From a virus: 64,000 nt of DNA. The stretch lies in UHGV virus genome UHGV-0311442; one strand, given 5' to 3'. The translations under genes and the position numbers were made by a program. Position 1 is the stretch's first letter. Every line of letters starts with the position of its first letter. Below are positions 25,580 through 34,721 of this stretch, in pieces. The notes below the pieces were generated by a model, which ran no database searches, was not told where the DNA came from, and saw only the letters and a program-made list of their open reading frames with translations.

Positions 25580-27076
25580 TTATTTCTTTTTCGTCAGGAA
25601 CTTCGGTTCTAGCCCATCGACAGCCATACCCAGAATAGTACGTGCAGTCAATGTACGTTTACCACCTTTGGTTTCCTGGTCTTTAAACATCCAGTATTCT
25701 ACCGTGTTGTCCAGAATTTCATTCCAGTCCCACTTCTCGTCAATCATTTTGTAAATCTCACCCATGCTGAGATGATACTTCATTTCAAGACGATGGTAGT
25801 TGTTTTGCATATAAGCAATTGCCGCCGTGATCTCTAAAGCGCGACGTAAGCGTGCGTTATCAGAAATCATATCACGGATCGTCGTGCGTTGGAATTTCAC
25901 ACCAGGTAGAATGTCCAGTTCTTTGATGGAACCGCCACTACCGCTTGATGTGAAACCAAAGTCTGACTTCTTCAGCGTGTCACTTAAATAGTGCCACAGG
26001 CTCAGGTGATATAACAGACCCATTTCCTGAGAGAAGATCATCTGAAATTTCACACCGGTGTGACCACCCTTCGCACGATACTGGGTAAAGGTGATAATCT
26101 TCAAGTCGTTTACCGACGCATTCATCGCTTTAGAACGTGACGTCGGATAAAGTTCTTCGTTAACACCCGTCTGCGCGTTATAGCTCTGGTCTTTTTTCAG
26201 CTCCCCTGATTTCGTCGCGACGATAAAAGAGTTTGTTAAAAAGCTAAGCTGACGGCGAGGAATACCTGCGAATTTTAAATCGTCGTTGGCATCGTCAAGA
26301 ATTTTCGCATTTGCTTTTTGTGCCTGACGACCACCTGCCATCGCTTTCCCAGAGTCATCGGCCATCTGTGCCACGAAGCCCATGTAAAAACCACCGCGTG
26401 CAAACGCAGACGGCCAGCGGCTCATCATATTCGATTTTTGCAACGCGTCGTGGGCGTTCAGGATGTTCTGATCAGAATCCCCAATATCCGTTTTTGCGTG
26501 CTTGTCTTCCAGCGAACTGGAATGCCACTCTGACAGGGAGTCGATAGAATAAAGCCAGGGGTCCAGGATTTCTTTTAACTTACGACGAACCGGATCGGGG
26601 AACGGTGTTACGCGGGTTTTACCAGACATATACTGTTTGAAGCGTTTTTCAACTTCATCACGAATATAATCACTGTAATACTGTTCCCCAGGCATTACGT
26701 CAGAACCGACCAGGTTATAACGACCTTCGTGGATAAGCTCCAGTACGGATGTTCCGTCGTCGATACCGTTGGCGTTCATGGCAGAGATGTACCCAGTTTC
26801 TAAACGATCGAGGGCAGCGGACACTTCTGTATCGTACTTAGAACCCCACTCTGCTTTATAACGTTGCAGGATTTGGAAGATACAGAAATCTAACAAGGTG
26901 GATTTAAAGGTGTTACCGCGACCTGCGAAACCCATGATGTGGGCAAAACCACCGTTAAGGTAGTACAAACCATCTTCACCTTTTTCGTAGTTACCTAAGG
27001 CATGATCCATGATGGTGTAAACGTTAAAACGTGGACGAATTACTTCACCGATAACTTGCTTAGTTGGGCCTGCCAT
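25580..27076 (-). CDS. UvsX/RecA-like recombination ATPase
   Basis: Track ORF of 498 aa. Walker A variant GFAGRGNTFKSTLL (cf. T4 UvsX LAGPSKSFKSNFGL), then YDTEVS (cf. YDSEFG) and the Walker B-like LYSIDSLSEW (cf. VVFIDSLGNL). Confidence 0.6.
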   Translation of the reverse strand: MAGPTKQVIGEVIRPRFNVYTIMDHALGNYEKGEDGLYYLNGGFAHIMGFAGRGNTFKSTLLDFCIFQILQRYKAEWGSKYDTEVSAALDRLETGYISAMNANGIDDGTSVLELIHEGRYNLVGSDVMPGEQYYSDYIRDEVEKRFKQYMSGKTRVTPFPDPVRRKLKEILDPWLYSIDSLSEWHSSSLEDKHAKTDIGDSDQNILNAHDALQKSNMMSRWPSAFARGGFYMGFVAQMADDSGKAMAGGRQAQKANAKILDDANDDLKFAGIPRRQLSFLTNSFIVATKSGELKKDQSYNAQTGVNEELYPTSRSKAMNASVNDLKIITFTQYRAKGGHTGVKFQMIFSQEMGLLYHLSLWHYLSDTLKKSDFGFTSSGSGGSIKELDILPGVKFQRTTIRDMISDNARLRRALEITAAIAYMQNNYHRLEMKYHLSMGEIYKMIDEKWDWNEILDNTVEYWMFKDQETKGGKRTLTARTILGMAVDGLEPKFLTKKK

Positions 27077-27091
27077 TTAGCGCTCCGATAA

Positions 27092-27391
27092 TTAACGATT
27101 CTTGGTCGGAAGAAGGAGACGGCGGTTGTGCCAGAATTCAAAGTAGGTTTCTACCCACTCAGTAACTTCTTCCGCATTTTCAGGATAAGGGTTTTCAATA
27201 GACTCGAAACGGCGTTTGTTACGCTCGTCAATTTCCAGTTCCATAACACGTTTACCGCTCGGGCACGACGTTACGCTCAAGACTTTTCCAACTTGAATAG
27301 GCTTACCGTTCTGACCTTTTTTAACTGGGGACAGATAAATTTCCGGTTCTAAACGCGGTGTGGTGTTTCGAGTCAGTAATTTGATTTTCAT
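27092..27391 (-). CDS. Hypothetical protein
   Basis: Track ORF of 99 aa with an ATG start. It is the first gene of the minus-strand unit after the divergent region 27392-27489. Confidence 0.55.
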   Translation of the reverse strand: MKIKLLTRNTTPRLEPEIYLSPVKKGQNGKPIQVGKVLSVTSCPSGKRVMELEIDERNKRRFESIENPYPENAEEVTEWVETYFEFWHNRRLLLPTKNR

Positions 27392-27454
27392 CGAGCTTTA
27401 CCTTTATGGAAGAGTCTCGGTCATAAGGTTTGGGTGAACTGTAAAAAGACTTTA

Positions 27455-27479
27455 CTATGTAACCCTGACTTATAATCCG
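27455..27479 (-). promoter_or_regulatory. Weak variant of the class B promoter-like motif (minus orientation: CGGATTATAAGTCAGGGTTACATAG)
   Basis: Resembles AGATATTATCCAGGTGTAAC at 32521-32545 but the core differs. It lies upstream of the minus-strand gene starting at 27391. Confidence 0.25.
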
Positions 27480-27489
27480 AGGTTTTAGA

Positions 27490-28245
27490 ATGAATGTAAA
27501 TCCACTTGCAGCGTTATCTAGCTTCGCCGCTAAAGCGTCTGCAATCTTACCGAAAGGGTTTAGCGGCCCTCAACAAGAGATTGCATTAACCACTTATGAC
27601 GAGATGTCGGACGTTTCCAAGTGGATGCAACAAGAAAAATTCCTACACTTTGCGGGAATGTTGGTTATCGTTCCACCAGGGTTTAATACCTACGTGATGG
27701 ATCATTTGAACCGCTTAGAATCTGTATGGAGTTCACTACAAAACATCTATACGGGTATTCTGCTACCGGTCGATAAACAACTTTCGGCCCTTACACATGA
27801 TGTGGGGGTACTGTCATTACCGATTGGTTTCCGTTACAAAAACGTTAATTTGCCGTTACGTAATGTTAACCCGAAAGACCTGGTTAACTTATTAGCGAAA
27901 TCGTACACTAATAACGTTATTGACCAGCGACCAATTGAGAAGACGTACCACAGCGCGTCTGAGATTGACGTTGCGTTCAATCGTGCTAAAGCCCTGAACG
28001 TTGAAATCACAAAACGTCTACGGACGAACATCGACAAGTCAATCGAGTCCATTCGCACTACGTCAGAAATCTTGTCCGAACAAAACATTCATCCGAATGT
28101 AGCAAAAGAACTGACGATGATGTTAGATTTTGCATCCGATTGGGTGGAGCTGTTTGGTTTGTTCATGAAACAGGTTAACGAGTTAATCGAATGTCTGAAC
28201 GTTACTGCCGAACGCTTAAAAGCGCTTAAGGCAAACAAAAAATAA
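27490..28245 (+). CDS. Hypothetical protein
   Basis: Track ORF of 251 aa with an ATG after GAGG. It ends at a bidirectional terminator. Confidence 0.6.
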   Translation: MNVNPLAALSSFAAKASAILPKGFSGPQQEIALTTYDEMSDVSKWMQQEKFLHFAGMLVIVPPGFNTYVMDHLNRLESVWSSLQNIYTGILLPVDKQLSALTHDVGVLSLPIGFRYKNVNLPLRNVNPKDLVNLLAKSYTNNVIDQRPIEKTYHSASEIDVAFNRAKALNVEITKRLRTNIDKSIESIRTTSEILSEQNIHPNVAKELTMMLDFASDWVELFGLFMKQVNELIECLNVTAERLKALKANKK

Positions 28246-28255
28246 AAAAGTAAAG

Positions 28256-28290
28256 TTACCCCTAGACCACACGGTCTAGGGGTAAACTAT
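28256..28290. terminator. Bidirectional hairpin terminator between convergent genes
   Basis: 13-bp stem ttacccctagacc/ggtctaggggtaa with loop acac. An A-run lies upstream and a T-rich run downstream. Confidence 0.75.
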
Positions 28291-29190
28291 TTATTTCCCA
28301 CGATAAAATCCAGAAATGTAACTCGGCGCTATCCATCGCCATTCGCGCCAGCGCATTTCTGACATTTTACCACACCATACACGCTTCCAATGCGCACGAC
28401 GGATATGTGCGGCGCAATAAATCGCCAAACAAACCTCGTGTCCTTCCTTGCGTTGCTGCTCTATATCTTCCCATTGTACCGGACTTACGTCTAAAACGAC
28501 TGCTTCACTACGTGGGCGAATTTCTGTATCAGGAACATAACGAATGGACCTTCCGCGAAATTCTTTTTTCTCGCGCTCAGTTCGTTTAATTCGTGATGAA
28601 AGATATAACCCGATGTAGACGGCGTCGAGTAGTCGCTGATTCTCCTTAACCGAAGTAAGGAGCGGCTTTAACTCCACGAAATCATCATTACTTTTATCGA
28701 TCGTGTAAATCTCAAACTCCATGTATACCGACTCGTCATGTTCTTCGCATGACATCACAAAGAGAACTTCTTCACCTTCGTAAAGACGTCTTCCGATAAA
28801 TAACGTGATCGGACATTCGTCGAGATTTACGGTAACCGAGAAAGTAAATGAAGGGATGGTTTCTATCCAGAAGTACGGGATATTTTTTAGTCTCTCAGTT
28901 TTTGCTAAGAGTGCCATCAGTTCTTCATCCGAGATGATTTCAACAGCAGCGTATTGCCATCCTAGTCCCAGGGACTGCTTAATCAGTCTGGGAATCTGTT
29001 CGGTAACGCCATACTCACGATAGGTCGGATCTTTAACTGGCATAAACGTTACAGGTATTTGACGTTTATGCTCGTTAATGAACCGAATAAAGCGGCACTG
29101 ATCCAATCCGTGAATTGTTTGGTGTGCCTTTTCTATCTGTTCGCTCATGCGTCTTAGCGCTTTCCCGTAAAGTCTATTATTCGTTGTCAT
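28291..29190 (-). CDS. Hypothetical protein; paralog of 29216..30142 with a conserved basic/Trp-rich C-terminus
   Basis: The track ORF extends to 29286. I prefer the ATG at 29190 (MTTNNRLYGK...) after TTTAGGAGC, which removes the overlap with the upstream gene. The C-terminus is AAHIRRAHWKRVWCGK...WRWIAPSYISGFY. Confidence 0.6.
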   Translation of the reverse strand: MTTNNRLYGKALRRMSEQIEKAHQTIHGLDQCRFIRFINEHKRQIPVTFMPVKDPTYREYGVTEQIPRLIKQSLGLGWQYAAVEIISDEELMALLAKTERLKNIPYFWIETIPSFTFSVTVNLDECPITLFIGRRLYEGEEVLFVMSCEEHDESVYMEFEIYTIDKSNDDFVELKPLLTSVKENQRLLDAVYIGLYLSSRIKRTEREKKEFRGRSIRYVPDTEIRPRSEAVVLDVSPVQWEDIEQQRKEGHEVCLAIYCAAHIRRAHWKRVWCGKMSEMRWREWRWIAPSYISGFYRGK

Positions 29191-29215
29191 TTTAATGCTC
29201 CTAAACACTTTTAGC

Positions 29216-30142
29216 TTAATTGTGGGGTACGTAGCCACGGACAAATGTCGGTGGAATCCAGTAAAGTTTTCTCTTCCTTTCACCATTTCTAGGACCGACC
29301 CAATATCTGCGCCAGTGCGCGCGACGAATATGTGCGGCCTTGGCGTGTTTGATACCTTCCATGGTTTTCAAGTCAGTGTTAAACCCTTTTAGATAATTCA
29401 CTTGTCCTGGCGTGATATCTATCTTAACATCGCGTTCACGAGGTTTAACGTCGTAACTAATACTACCGTTCTTTTTGATTTCCTTGAACTTAATATCATT
29501 AAAAGACTCCCTGTAATTAGGCGGGATTAGCGTACAGAGAAATATCAACGATATGGCGGTTTTGGCCAGTGATAGCCATAACGTCTTCTCTTGTTCGGTC
29601 TGTACGCCAGTTGTATAATCGATTTCAACAAGCCCGTTTCCAACACTACATATCTCTAACGAGCAGGTGGCGATCGTGGTAACGCCTTCTGTTAACCCGT
29701 AATCAGTATTTGTAGCAATTATAATAAACCTTCTATTCCCATTTTTTCGATAACCGAGAAAGAAAGTCTCATCTTCTTTACCTACATCGATTGCTACAGT
29801 CCAAGTAGGTATAAAGTCTAACCACTCTTCAGGGAATTTACTGGGCATCTCAGTCTCGAAAACAAGTTCTCTAAGTGCTCGATTGGATATTAAGGAAGCG
29901 CCCCCGTATAGCCATCCAATTGCCAATGTTTGTGCGTGAAGGGAACGGGGATCTTTGAGACCTAACTCAGCGTCGTATGGTATAAAGGCATTAGTTAAAT
30001 GCTTACGATTCTTTTTTATCCATTTCGAGACGGGATTTTCTTTTGTTTGATTTTCTTCCATGACATTTTCTAGATGCTGACTCCCCATTTGTCTAAGGCA
30101 GTCTTTAATACCTTTTACTTTTTTACTTTTGTACAAATACAT
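29216..30142 (-). CDS. Hypothetical protein; paralog of 28291..29190
   Basis: Track ORF of 308 aa. The C-terminus AAHIRRAHWRRYWVGPRNGERKRKLYWIPPTFVRGY and internal blocks (LAIGWLYGGASLIS, FIPTWTVAIDVG) match the downstream paralog. Confidence 0.6.
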   Translation of the reverse strand: MYLYKSKKVKGIKDCLRQMGSQHLENVMEENQTKENPVSKWIKKNRKHLTNAFIPYDAELGLKDPRSLHAQTLAIGWLYGGASLISNRALRELVFETEMPSKFPEEWLDFIPTWTVAIDVGKEDETFFLGYRKNGNRRFIIIATNTDYGLTEGVTTIATCSLEICSVGNGLVEIDYTTGVQTEQEKTLWLSLAKTAISLIFLCTLIPPNYRESFNDIKFKEIKKNGSISYDVKPRERDVKIDITPGQVNYLKGFNTDLKTMEGIKHAKAAHIRRAHWRRYWVGPRNGERKRKLYWIPPTFVRGYVPHN

Positions 30143-30164
30143 GGTATATTCTCCTAAAATGGTT

Positions 30165-30196
30165 AAAAATAAAGTTACCCTAGCCGAAGCTAGGGT
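30165..30196 (-). terminator. Rho-independent terminator (minus strand)
   Basis: Stem accctagc/gctagggt with loop cgaa. The minus strand continues aactttattttt. Confidence 0.7.
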
Positions 30197-30201
30197 GTCT
30201 A

Positions 30202-30690
30202 TTAGTCGATTTTGACGTAATCAGGATAATTAGCTTTTAGCCACTCCCACAGGTGCAGCGCGAGCATACCCTGGTCGTAACTAATGATTTCCACAATACC
30301 GTGTGAGTGTGCTTCATTACTCCAAATTTGACTATAGAAACGACGCCACTCACCTTCTGCATAAGGTAGCACAGTTCCTGGGATAAAACCGTTGTGGTAT
30401 TCGTTAATTAGCGATTGTAAAGTTTCAATGCGGATTCCGTATAATCGGCTATCGATGAACGATTTTGTAATCCCACCAAAGAAACCAACAAAGAAATTAT
30501 CCAGATTCATCATAAGTCTGGATCTGTAATTACCTACAATGTAGTCGGCGGCTGCCGCAGCCATCCACGGAGTATCGACGACTCTTGGCGTCAGTTTATC
30601 GTGGATTGTTGTACGTACACGGACGGTGTGGTTAAGAAATTCATGAATCATGTCGGAGTTTTTCAAAGCGATTATCTGATTTAAGTTCAT
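30202..30690 (-). CDS. Hypothetical protein
   Basis: Track ORF of 162 aa with an ATG start, 1 nt after the upstream stop. Confidence 0.6.
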   Translation of the reverse strand: MNLNQIIALKNSDMIHEFLNHTVRVRTTIHDKLTPRVVDTPWMAAAAADYIVGNYRSRLMMNLDNFFVGFFGGITKSFIDSRLYGIRIETLQSLINEYHNGFIPGTVLPYAEGEWRRFYSQIWSNEAHSHGIVEIISYDQGMLALHLWEWLKANYPDYVKID

Positions 30691-30691
30691 T

Positions 30692-31216
30692 TTATTGTCC
30701 TAATATTGGGGTGAGTCTGTCTGCGGTGTTTAACAACGCTTTTGTAATTTCGTAGTCGGTTTCTTTCAGGATGGCGATACAAACGGTGATGTAAACTTCG
30801 ATTGCTAACATGATTTCTTGTTCGGACAGCAACGGTTCGGTACCGCCAATCCCGTAACGCTGCGCCGCATACTCAATTTCAAGTTTCAAACGTTTCCATA
30901 ATGCCTTGTCGTCGGTTAAACGTGCACAGGCACGATCAAAACGTCTTTTATAAACGCCGATCTTGTGGTCAATTTCACGACGCAGTTGGTCGGCTGCTAC
31001 GCCATCATCAAGAGTGATGGTGACATTGTCAACTAAACAGTAATGCACTGTGTGTCGTAAGTTGTGTAATGTGGCGACAGTAACGACCCGCTCCTGATGG
31101 TCGCTAAAGCCGTGAGCACCACAGAGCTTGCGTGCAACCGCGCCAGAGATTTTCTCCTCTAGCGCTATCGGTGTGGCAATGGTTGTTTTCTTACGAAGCT
31201 GAATTAAAATATCCAC
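30692..31216 (-). CDS. Hypothetical protein
   Basis: Track ORF of 174 aa with a GTG start 7 nt after AAAGGAG. Confidence 0.6.
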   Translation of the reverse strand: MDILIQLRKKTTIATPIALEEKISGAVARKLCGAHGFSDHQERVVTVATLHNLRHTVHYCLVDNVTITLDDGVAADQLRREIDHKIGVYKRRFDRACARLTDDKALWKRLKLEIEYAAQRYGIGGTEPLLSEQEIMLAIEVYITVCIAILKETDYEITKALLNTADRLTPILGQ

Positions 31217-31218
31217 GA

Positions 31219-31761
31219 TTATACTCCTTTAGGTTGACCGTATTTTGATGACAGGTAGATGAGCTCAGCATGGCAGACTTTCTCAACTAACCCGAGTGTC
31301 TCAAGGAAAATATCCCGGATACGGGACATTGTTTCGTTGGTAAGAATATCGCTCCAACACGTTGTGTCTATTATATCCGTCGTTGAAGATTGTCGCTGCA
31401 ATATGGCGACATATACCTCGTCGAGGGTATCTGGAGCATTATTCTGTAAGTAATGCGCGGCATGTAGAAAGGCTTTCTCAAGAATCAGGTGAATATCCGT
31501 ATCAGGATCAGTTACCCGCACTAAATGTGGGTATGTCATGGCCGAATGGATTTTTCGTTCTAACTGTTCAATGAGATTATTCACCATCGCTTCTGAATCC
31601 AGGATAGTAATTTCGGCCCCACTGTGTTCTTCAGAAATCTTGTTCTCATGTACTGCTATCGCGTCGTGCAGTTCAAACGCAACGCGGCTACGCATCTCAC
31701 TTAACAGTTTGTTTAATTTACCCCGTGACTCGCTGAGTGAGAAATCGATAAGTATTTTCAT
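31219..31761 (-). CDS. Hypothetical protein
   Basis: The track ORF starts at a GTG at 31791 and would overlap the upstream gene. The ATG at 31761 (MKILIDF...) directly follows the upstream stop. The start is uncertain. Confidence 0.5.
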   Translation of the reverse strand: MKILIDFSLSESRGKLNKLLSEMRSRVAFELHDAIAVHENKISEEHSGAEITILDSEAMVNNLIEQLERKIHSAMTYPHLVRVTDPDTDIHLILEKAFLHAAHYLQNNAPDTLDEVYVAILQRQSSTTDIIDTTCWSDILTNETMSRIRDIFLETLGLVEKVCHAELIYLSSKYGQPKGV

Positions 31762-31762
31762 G

Positions 31763-32500
31763 TTAATAGCCCTGATAAATGATGTCGTCACGGTCTTTAC
31801 GTAACTGGCAGTATGTTACGTCAGCACCGTTAGGGATTTGTACGCCAGCGTCTTCAAGATAAATAACACCAGTCTGATTACAGAAATAAAAAGACCACAA
31901 GTACGGATTGCCTTGACAACTGTTTTCACGATGATCGAAGGGCCAATAACCGCGATACAATTCGTCGTAATCGCCGCGCTCGATACCAAAAGCAATCATT
32001 TCTTTTTCCCACAATCTGCTTTCGGCGTCGTAAATCGAAAACCAGAAACCGACGAGGTTCTTTGTCCGTTTAACGTTCATTAAGTCGTTATAAATGGGGA
32101 AGAGTGCTTTATTGAAACTTTCTAACATCTCTGGAGAGAGTAGAAAGTTCACGTAGTATTCTAGCCATTGATAAACGGCTTCCCAGACATCTTCAGAAGA
32201 GAAATGCTCGAATACGGCGTCATCACAATCGTAGTTATCGAAGACCCCTGAGAGATCTATTATGACGTCGCGAAGGTCAAAGTTTCGGTTGGTATTGACA
32301 GCCTCAATAACTTCGGAGATAAGACGAGTAAAGACGTTTGTGCAGGCAGTCTGTGCGGTATAAAAGAATTCTCCTTGTGCGGTTGACCACTTCGGGTCCT
32401 TCAAATGTTCATTGAAGTATTGTGGCCAAATTTTATAAAAGATTCCCTCGAACAACGAGGGATTGATACGTTGTAATTGAGGGACATAAACTTTTAGCAT
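31763..32500 (-). CDS. Hypothetical protein
   Basis: Track ORF of 245 aa. The ATG lies 28 nt downstream of AGATATTATC, with a TGGAG SD. Confidence 0.6.
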   Translation of the reverse strand: MLKVYVPQLQRINPSLFEGIFYKIWPQYFNEHLKDPKWSTAQGEFFYTAQTACTNVFTRLISEVIEAVNTNRNFDLRDVIIDLSGVFDNYDCDDAVFEHFSSEDVWEAVYQWLEYYVNFLLSPEMLESFNKALFPIYNDLMNVKRTKNLVGFWFSIYDAESRLWEKEMIAFGIERGDYDELYRGYWPFDHRENSCQGNPYLWSFYFCNQTGVIYLEDAGVQIPNGADVTYCQLRKDRDDIIYQGY

Positions 32501-32520
32501 TTTAATAACTCCAATGGTGT

Positions 32521-32545
32521 TACACCTGGATAATATCTATCTAAG
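32521..32545 (-). promoter_or_regulatory. Promoter-like motif, class B (minus orientation: CTTAGATAGATATTATCCAGGTGTA)
   Basis: The AGATATTATC core sits exactly 28 nt upstream of the ATG at 32500. The TAG stop of the upstream gene forms the 5' end of the motif. Confidence 0.45.
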
Positions 32546-33205
32546 AATATTTTTAGCGAAAAAAGGATCGACTGTAAACTCCTTCACCTGTGAGTCATAA
32601 CCCGAATGTATTTGATCGCTACTGAGCAAATACTGGTCTAAATCGTGCGGAAGAATCCAAGAATCGCCTTGCTTAAAAATACCATAATCTGCTGTTCCTG
32701 CGGAAAAAATGATTTCCTCTGGAAACGAATAGATGTGGCGTAAGGCAAGATCGGATGGCTTTAACACGATTAATCGAACGGGATGTTGACTGACTGCCTC
32801 TTTAATAAACTGTTCACGATTAAACCAAATTATTTTTTCGGGGTAAGTTTCGAATTCAGCCCATGTCCGCGTGATAACTAATTTGGAAATCTTTCTCAAT
32901 TCTTCAGAATGCTCTGCGTAGCCAATACACTCCTTGCGTACTTCATGATTTTCTACCGATGCTGTGAATTTTTGGAATAGGTGTTGTTGGAAAAAGCCGT
33001 TCTCCGGGATATCACAACCCGCGTTGTATAGTGCAATGATCTCCCACAACAACGAAAGAGAAAACACAAATGCTAACTTTTCCACCACTTCCCAATCTTC
33101 GGAGTAAGGGGCTTTAAAGCCCCAATACTGCCGTGCGTTATACATAAAGTGAGTTTGTAAAAACCGGGGGGCTTTTGACAAGACCTCACTATAAACGATC
33201 AGCAT
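32537..33205 (-). CDS. Hypothetical protein
   Basis: Track ORF of 222 aa. The ATG overlaps the 3' end of the RNase H gene by 7 nt. Confidence 0.6.
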   Translation of the reverse strand: MLIVYSEVLSKAPRFLQTHFMYNARQYWGFKAPYSEDWEVVEKLAFVFSLSLLWEIIALYNAGCDIPENGFFQQHLFQKFTASVENHEVRKECIGYAEHSEELRKISKLVITRTWAEFETYPEKIIWFNREQFIKEAVSQHPVRLIVLKPSDLALRHIYSFPEEIIFSAGTADYGIFKQGDSWILPHDLDQYLLSSDQIHSGYDSQVKEFTVDPFFAKNILR

Positions 33206-34719
33206 TCAAGCTCCTTATCCGTCAGTATTCGTTTGTTTGAATAATAGCCGCACCACAACCCATGATATTTTTCCCCGATATAAACCAACGCATATTCGAT
33301 ATACTGCCGTTCTGGACGCCGTACCGCCACGTAGAAACGCCCTTCTGGTTCTTTCATACGGTTGATTTCCGTACGCGTCGGTATGTCGATACCACGAGTA
33401 AGGATAGTTTTAACCTTGTTTTTGCTACCAGGGATATGGATAGTTACGTCAAAACCTTTATCTACATTACGATAAAAGTCTTTCTTCGGCTTACCCTTCT
33501 CATCGTAAAGCAGGTCAGTAATGTCGTTCATTACGACTGAGTTTTTCCCCTCCATGGCATCGCGTAACCAACCTGCAAGCTCATCACGAATCGTAATGCA
33601 GCGATAAGACAATAACGCGGGACGAAGAATTCGTGTAATCGAAAGATCTTCAAACATCCATAGGTTTTTGTCTTCGCTAAAATGCATCCGATCGACAGGA
33701 ATACCGTTAGCTGCGGCTTCTGCGAACTTCTTACGTTTTACGAATAAGTTAAAAACAACGGCGATGGGATCAAACTGACGTAAACGGGGCACCCCTTCCC
33801 ATGCTTTCGCAGAGTGGGTATTTACCAACTCGTATACGTTGTTCCATGGTTCTTTGGTAAACATTACGCAGAATTGTGCGTCTGGAATGTACTTACCAAC
33901 GAAGACGATATCGTCCTTCTGTTTTGCATGGTTCCCACCGAACATGTAATAAAGTTTATTACCGTTAACTGTAACCGTGGGATGCGGTTCGTTCACCATC
34001 GGGTAACAGAACTTCGTAACACAGATATCGGGAAAAGCAGACAAATTGACACCTTCACCAACAACTTCTGGTTGCTGTTCTTCCTCAGGCATCTCGTCTT
34101 TTGACCAATACGGTGTATAGTCTAGCCCCTCACCTCGAGCCGAGATACTTGAACCTTTCCGTGCTAACTCGTCGGCACGCTCGTTTCCATAACGCCCTGA
34201 GTGACCTTTAATTTTAAGGACACGAACGCCTTTCCCTTCTTTCTTTAACCGCTGTTTAACCTCCCACATCCGTTGGATTAATTCCAAATTCGCAATGGGT
34301 GTGCCGTCCGCACGACGCCAGCCGCGTGCTGCCCAACCATCAATCCAATCGTTATACGTGTTGACAACGTAAGATGCGTCGATATAGATAACATAGTTTT
34401 TGGCAACGAAAGGGGCGTGTTCGAAGACGGTCAGGAAAGCCACGAGTTCTGCAACGTCGGAGTGTGACATTTTTGGTACAGGCACAACACCGTCAATAAA
34501 CTCCACGGTTTCTGGTAAAGGTGGAAGTTTTTCATCCTTGTTTATCTGGCGGTATCCTGACGTCGTAATCCCCTCGGGAATAGAGGGATGGCGGTAAACC
34601 CGACCATCCTCAATCGTTTCACGATTAAATAAGTATCCATGAATCCCCGCTCCTGTACCGAGCGGGGAGGTCAAATGGCTACCATCCGTGTAAATTACTG
34701 CAACATCAACGTTCTTCAT
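33199..34719 (-). CDS. RNase HI domain protein fused to a ~300-aa C-terminal domain of unknown function
   Basis: Track ORF of 506 aa. The N-terminal ~200 aa carry RNase HI motifs: VIYTDGS, AELVAFL, IYIDASYVVNTYNDWIDGWAARGW, KIKGHSGRYGNERADELARKG. The remaining ~300 aa match nothing I recognise. Confidence 0.75.
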   Translation of the reverse strand: MKNVDVAVIYTDGSHLTSPLGTGAGIHGYLFNRETIEDGRVYRHPSIPEGITTSGYRQINKDEKLPPLPETVEFIDGVVPVPKMSHSDVAELVAFLTVFEHAPFVAKNYVIYIDASYVVNTYNDWIDGWAARGWRRADGTPIANLELIQRMWEVKQRLKKEGKGVRVLKIKGHSGRYGNERADELARKGSSISARGEGLDYTPYWSKDEMPEEEQQPEVVGEGVNLSAFPDICVTKFCYPMVNEPHPTVTVNGNKLYYMFGGNHAKQKDDIVFVGKYIPDAQFCVMFTKEPWNNVYELVNTHSAKAWEGVPRLRQFDPIAVVFNLFVKRKKFAEAAANGIPVDRMHFSEDKNLWMFEDLSITRILRPALLSYRCITIRDELAGWLRDAMEGKNSVVMNDITDLLYDEKGKPKKDFYRNVDKGFDVTIHIPGSKNKVKTILTRGIDIPTRTEINRMKEPEGRFYVAVRRPERQYIEYALVYIGEKYHGLWCGYYSNKRILTDKELEC

Positions 34720-34721
34720 TC

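Noticed and set aside
27471-27476. Perfect sigma70-like -10 hexamer TATAAT upstream of the plus-strand gene at 27490
   Set aside because: There is no acceptable -35 at 16-18 nt (GACTTT/AGACTT). The same bases are the reverse complement of a degenerate class B motif. phiKZ-lineage phages are thought to transcribe independently of host RNAP. It is kept only as a low-confidence note.
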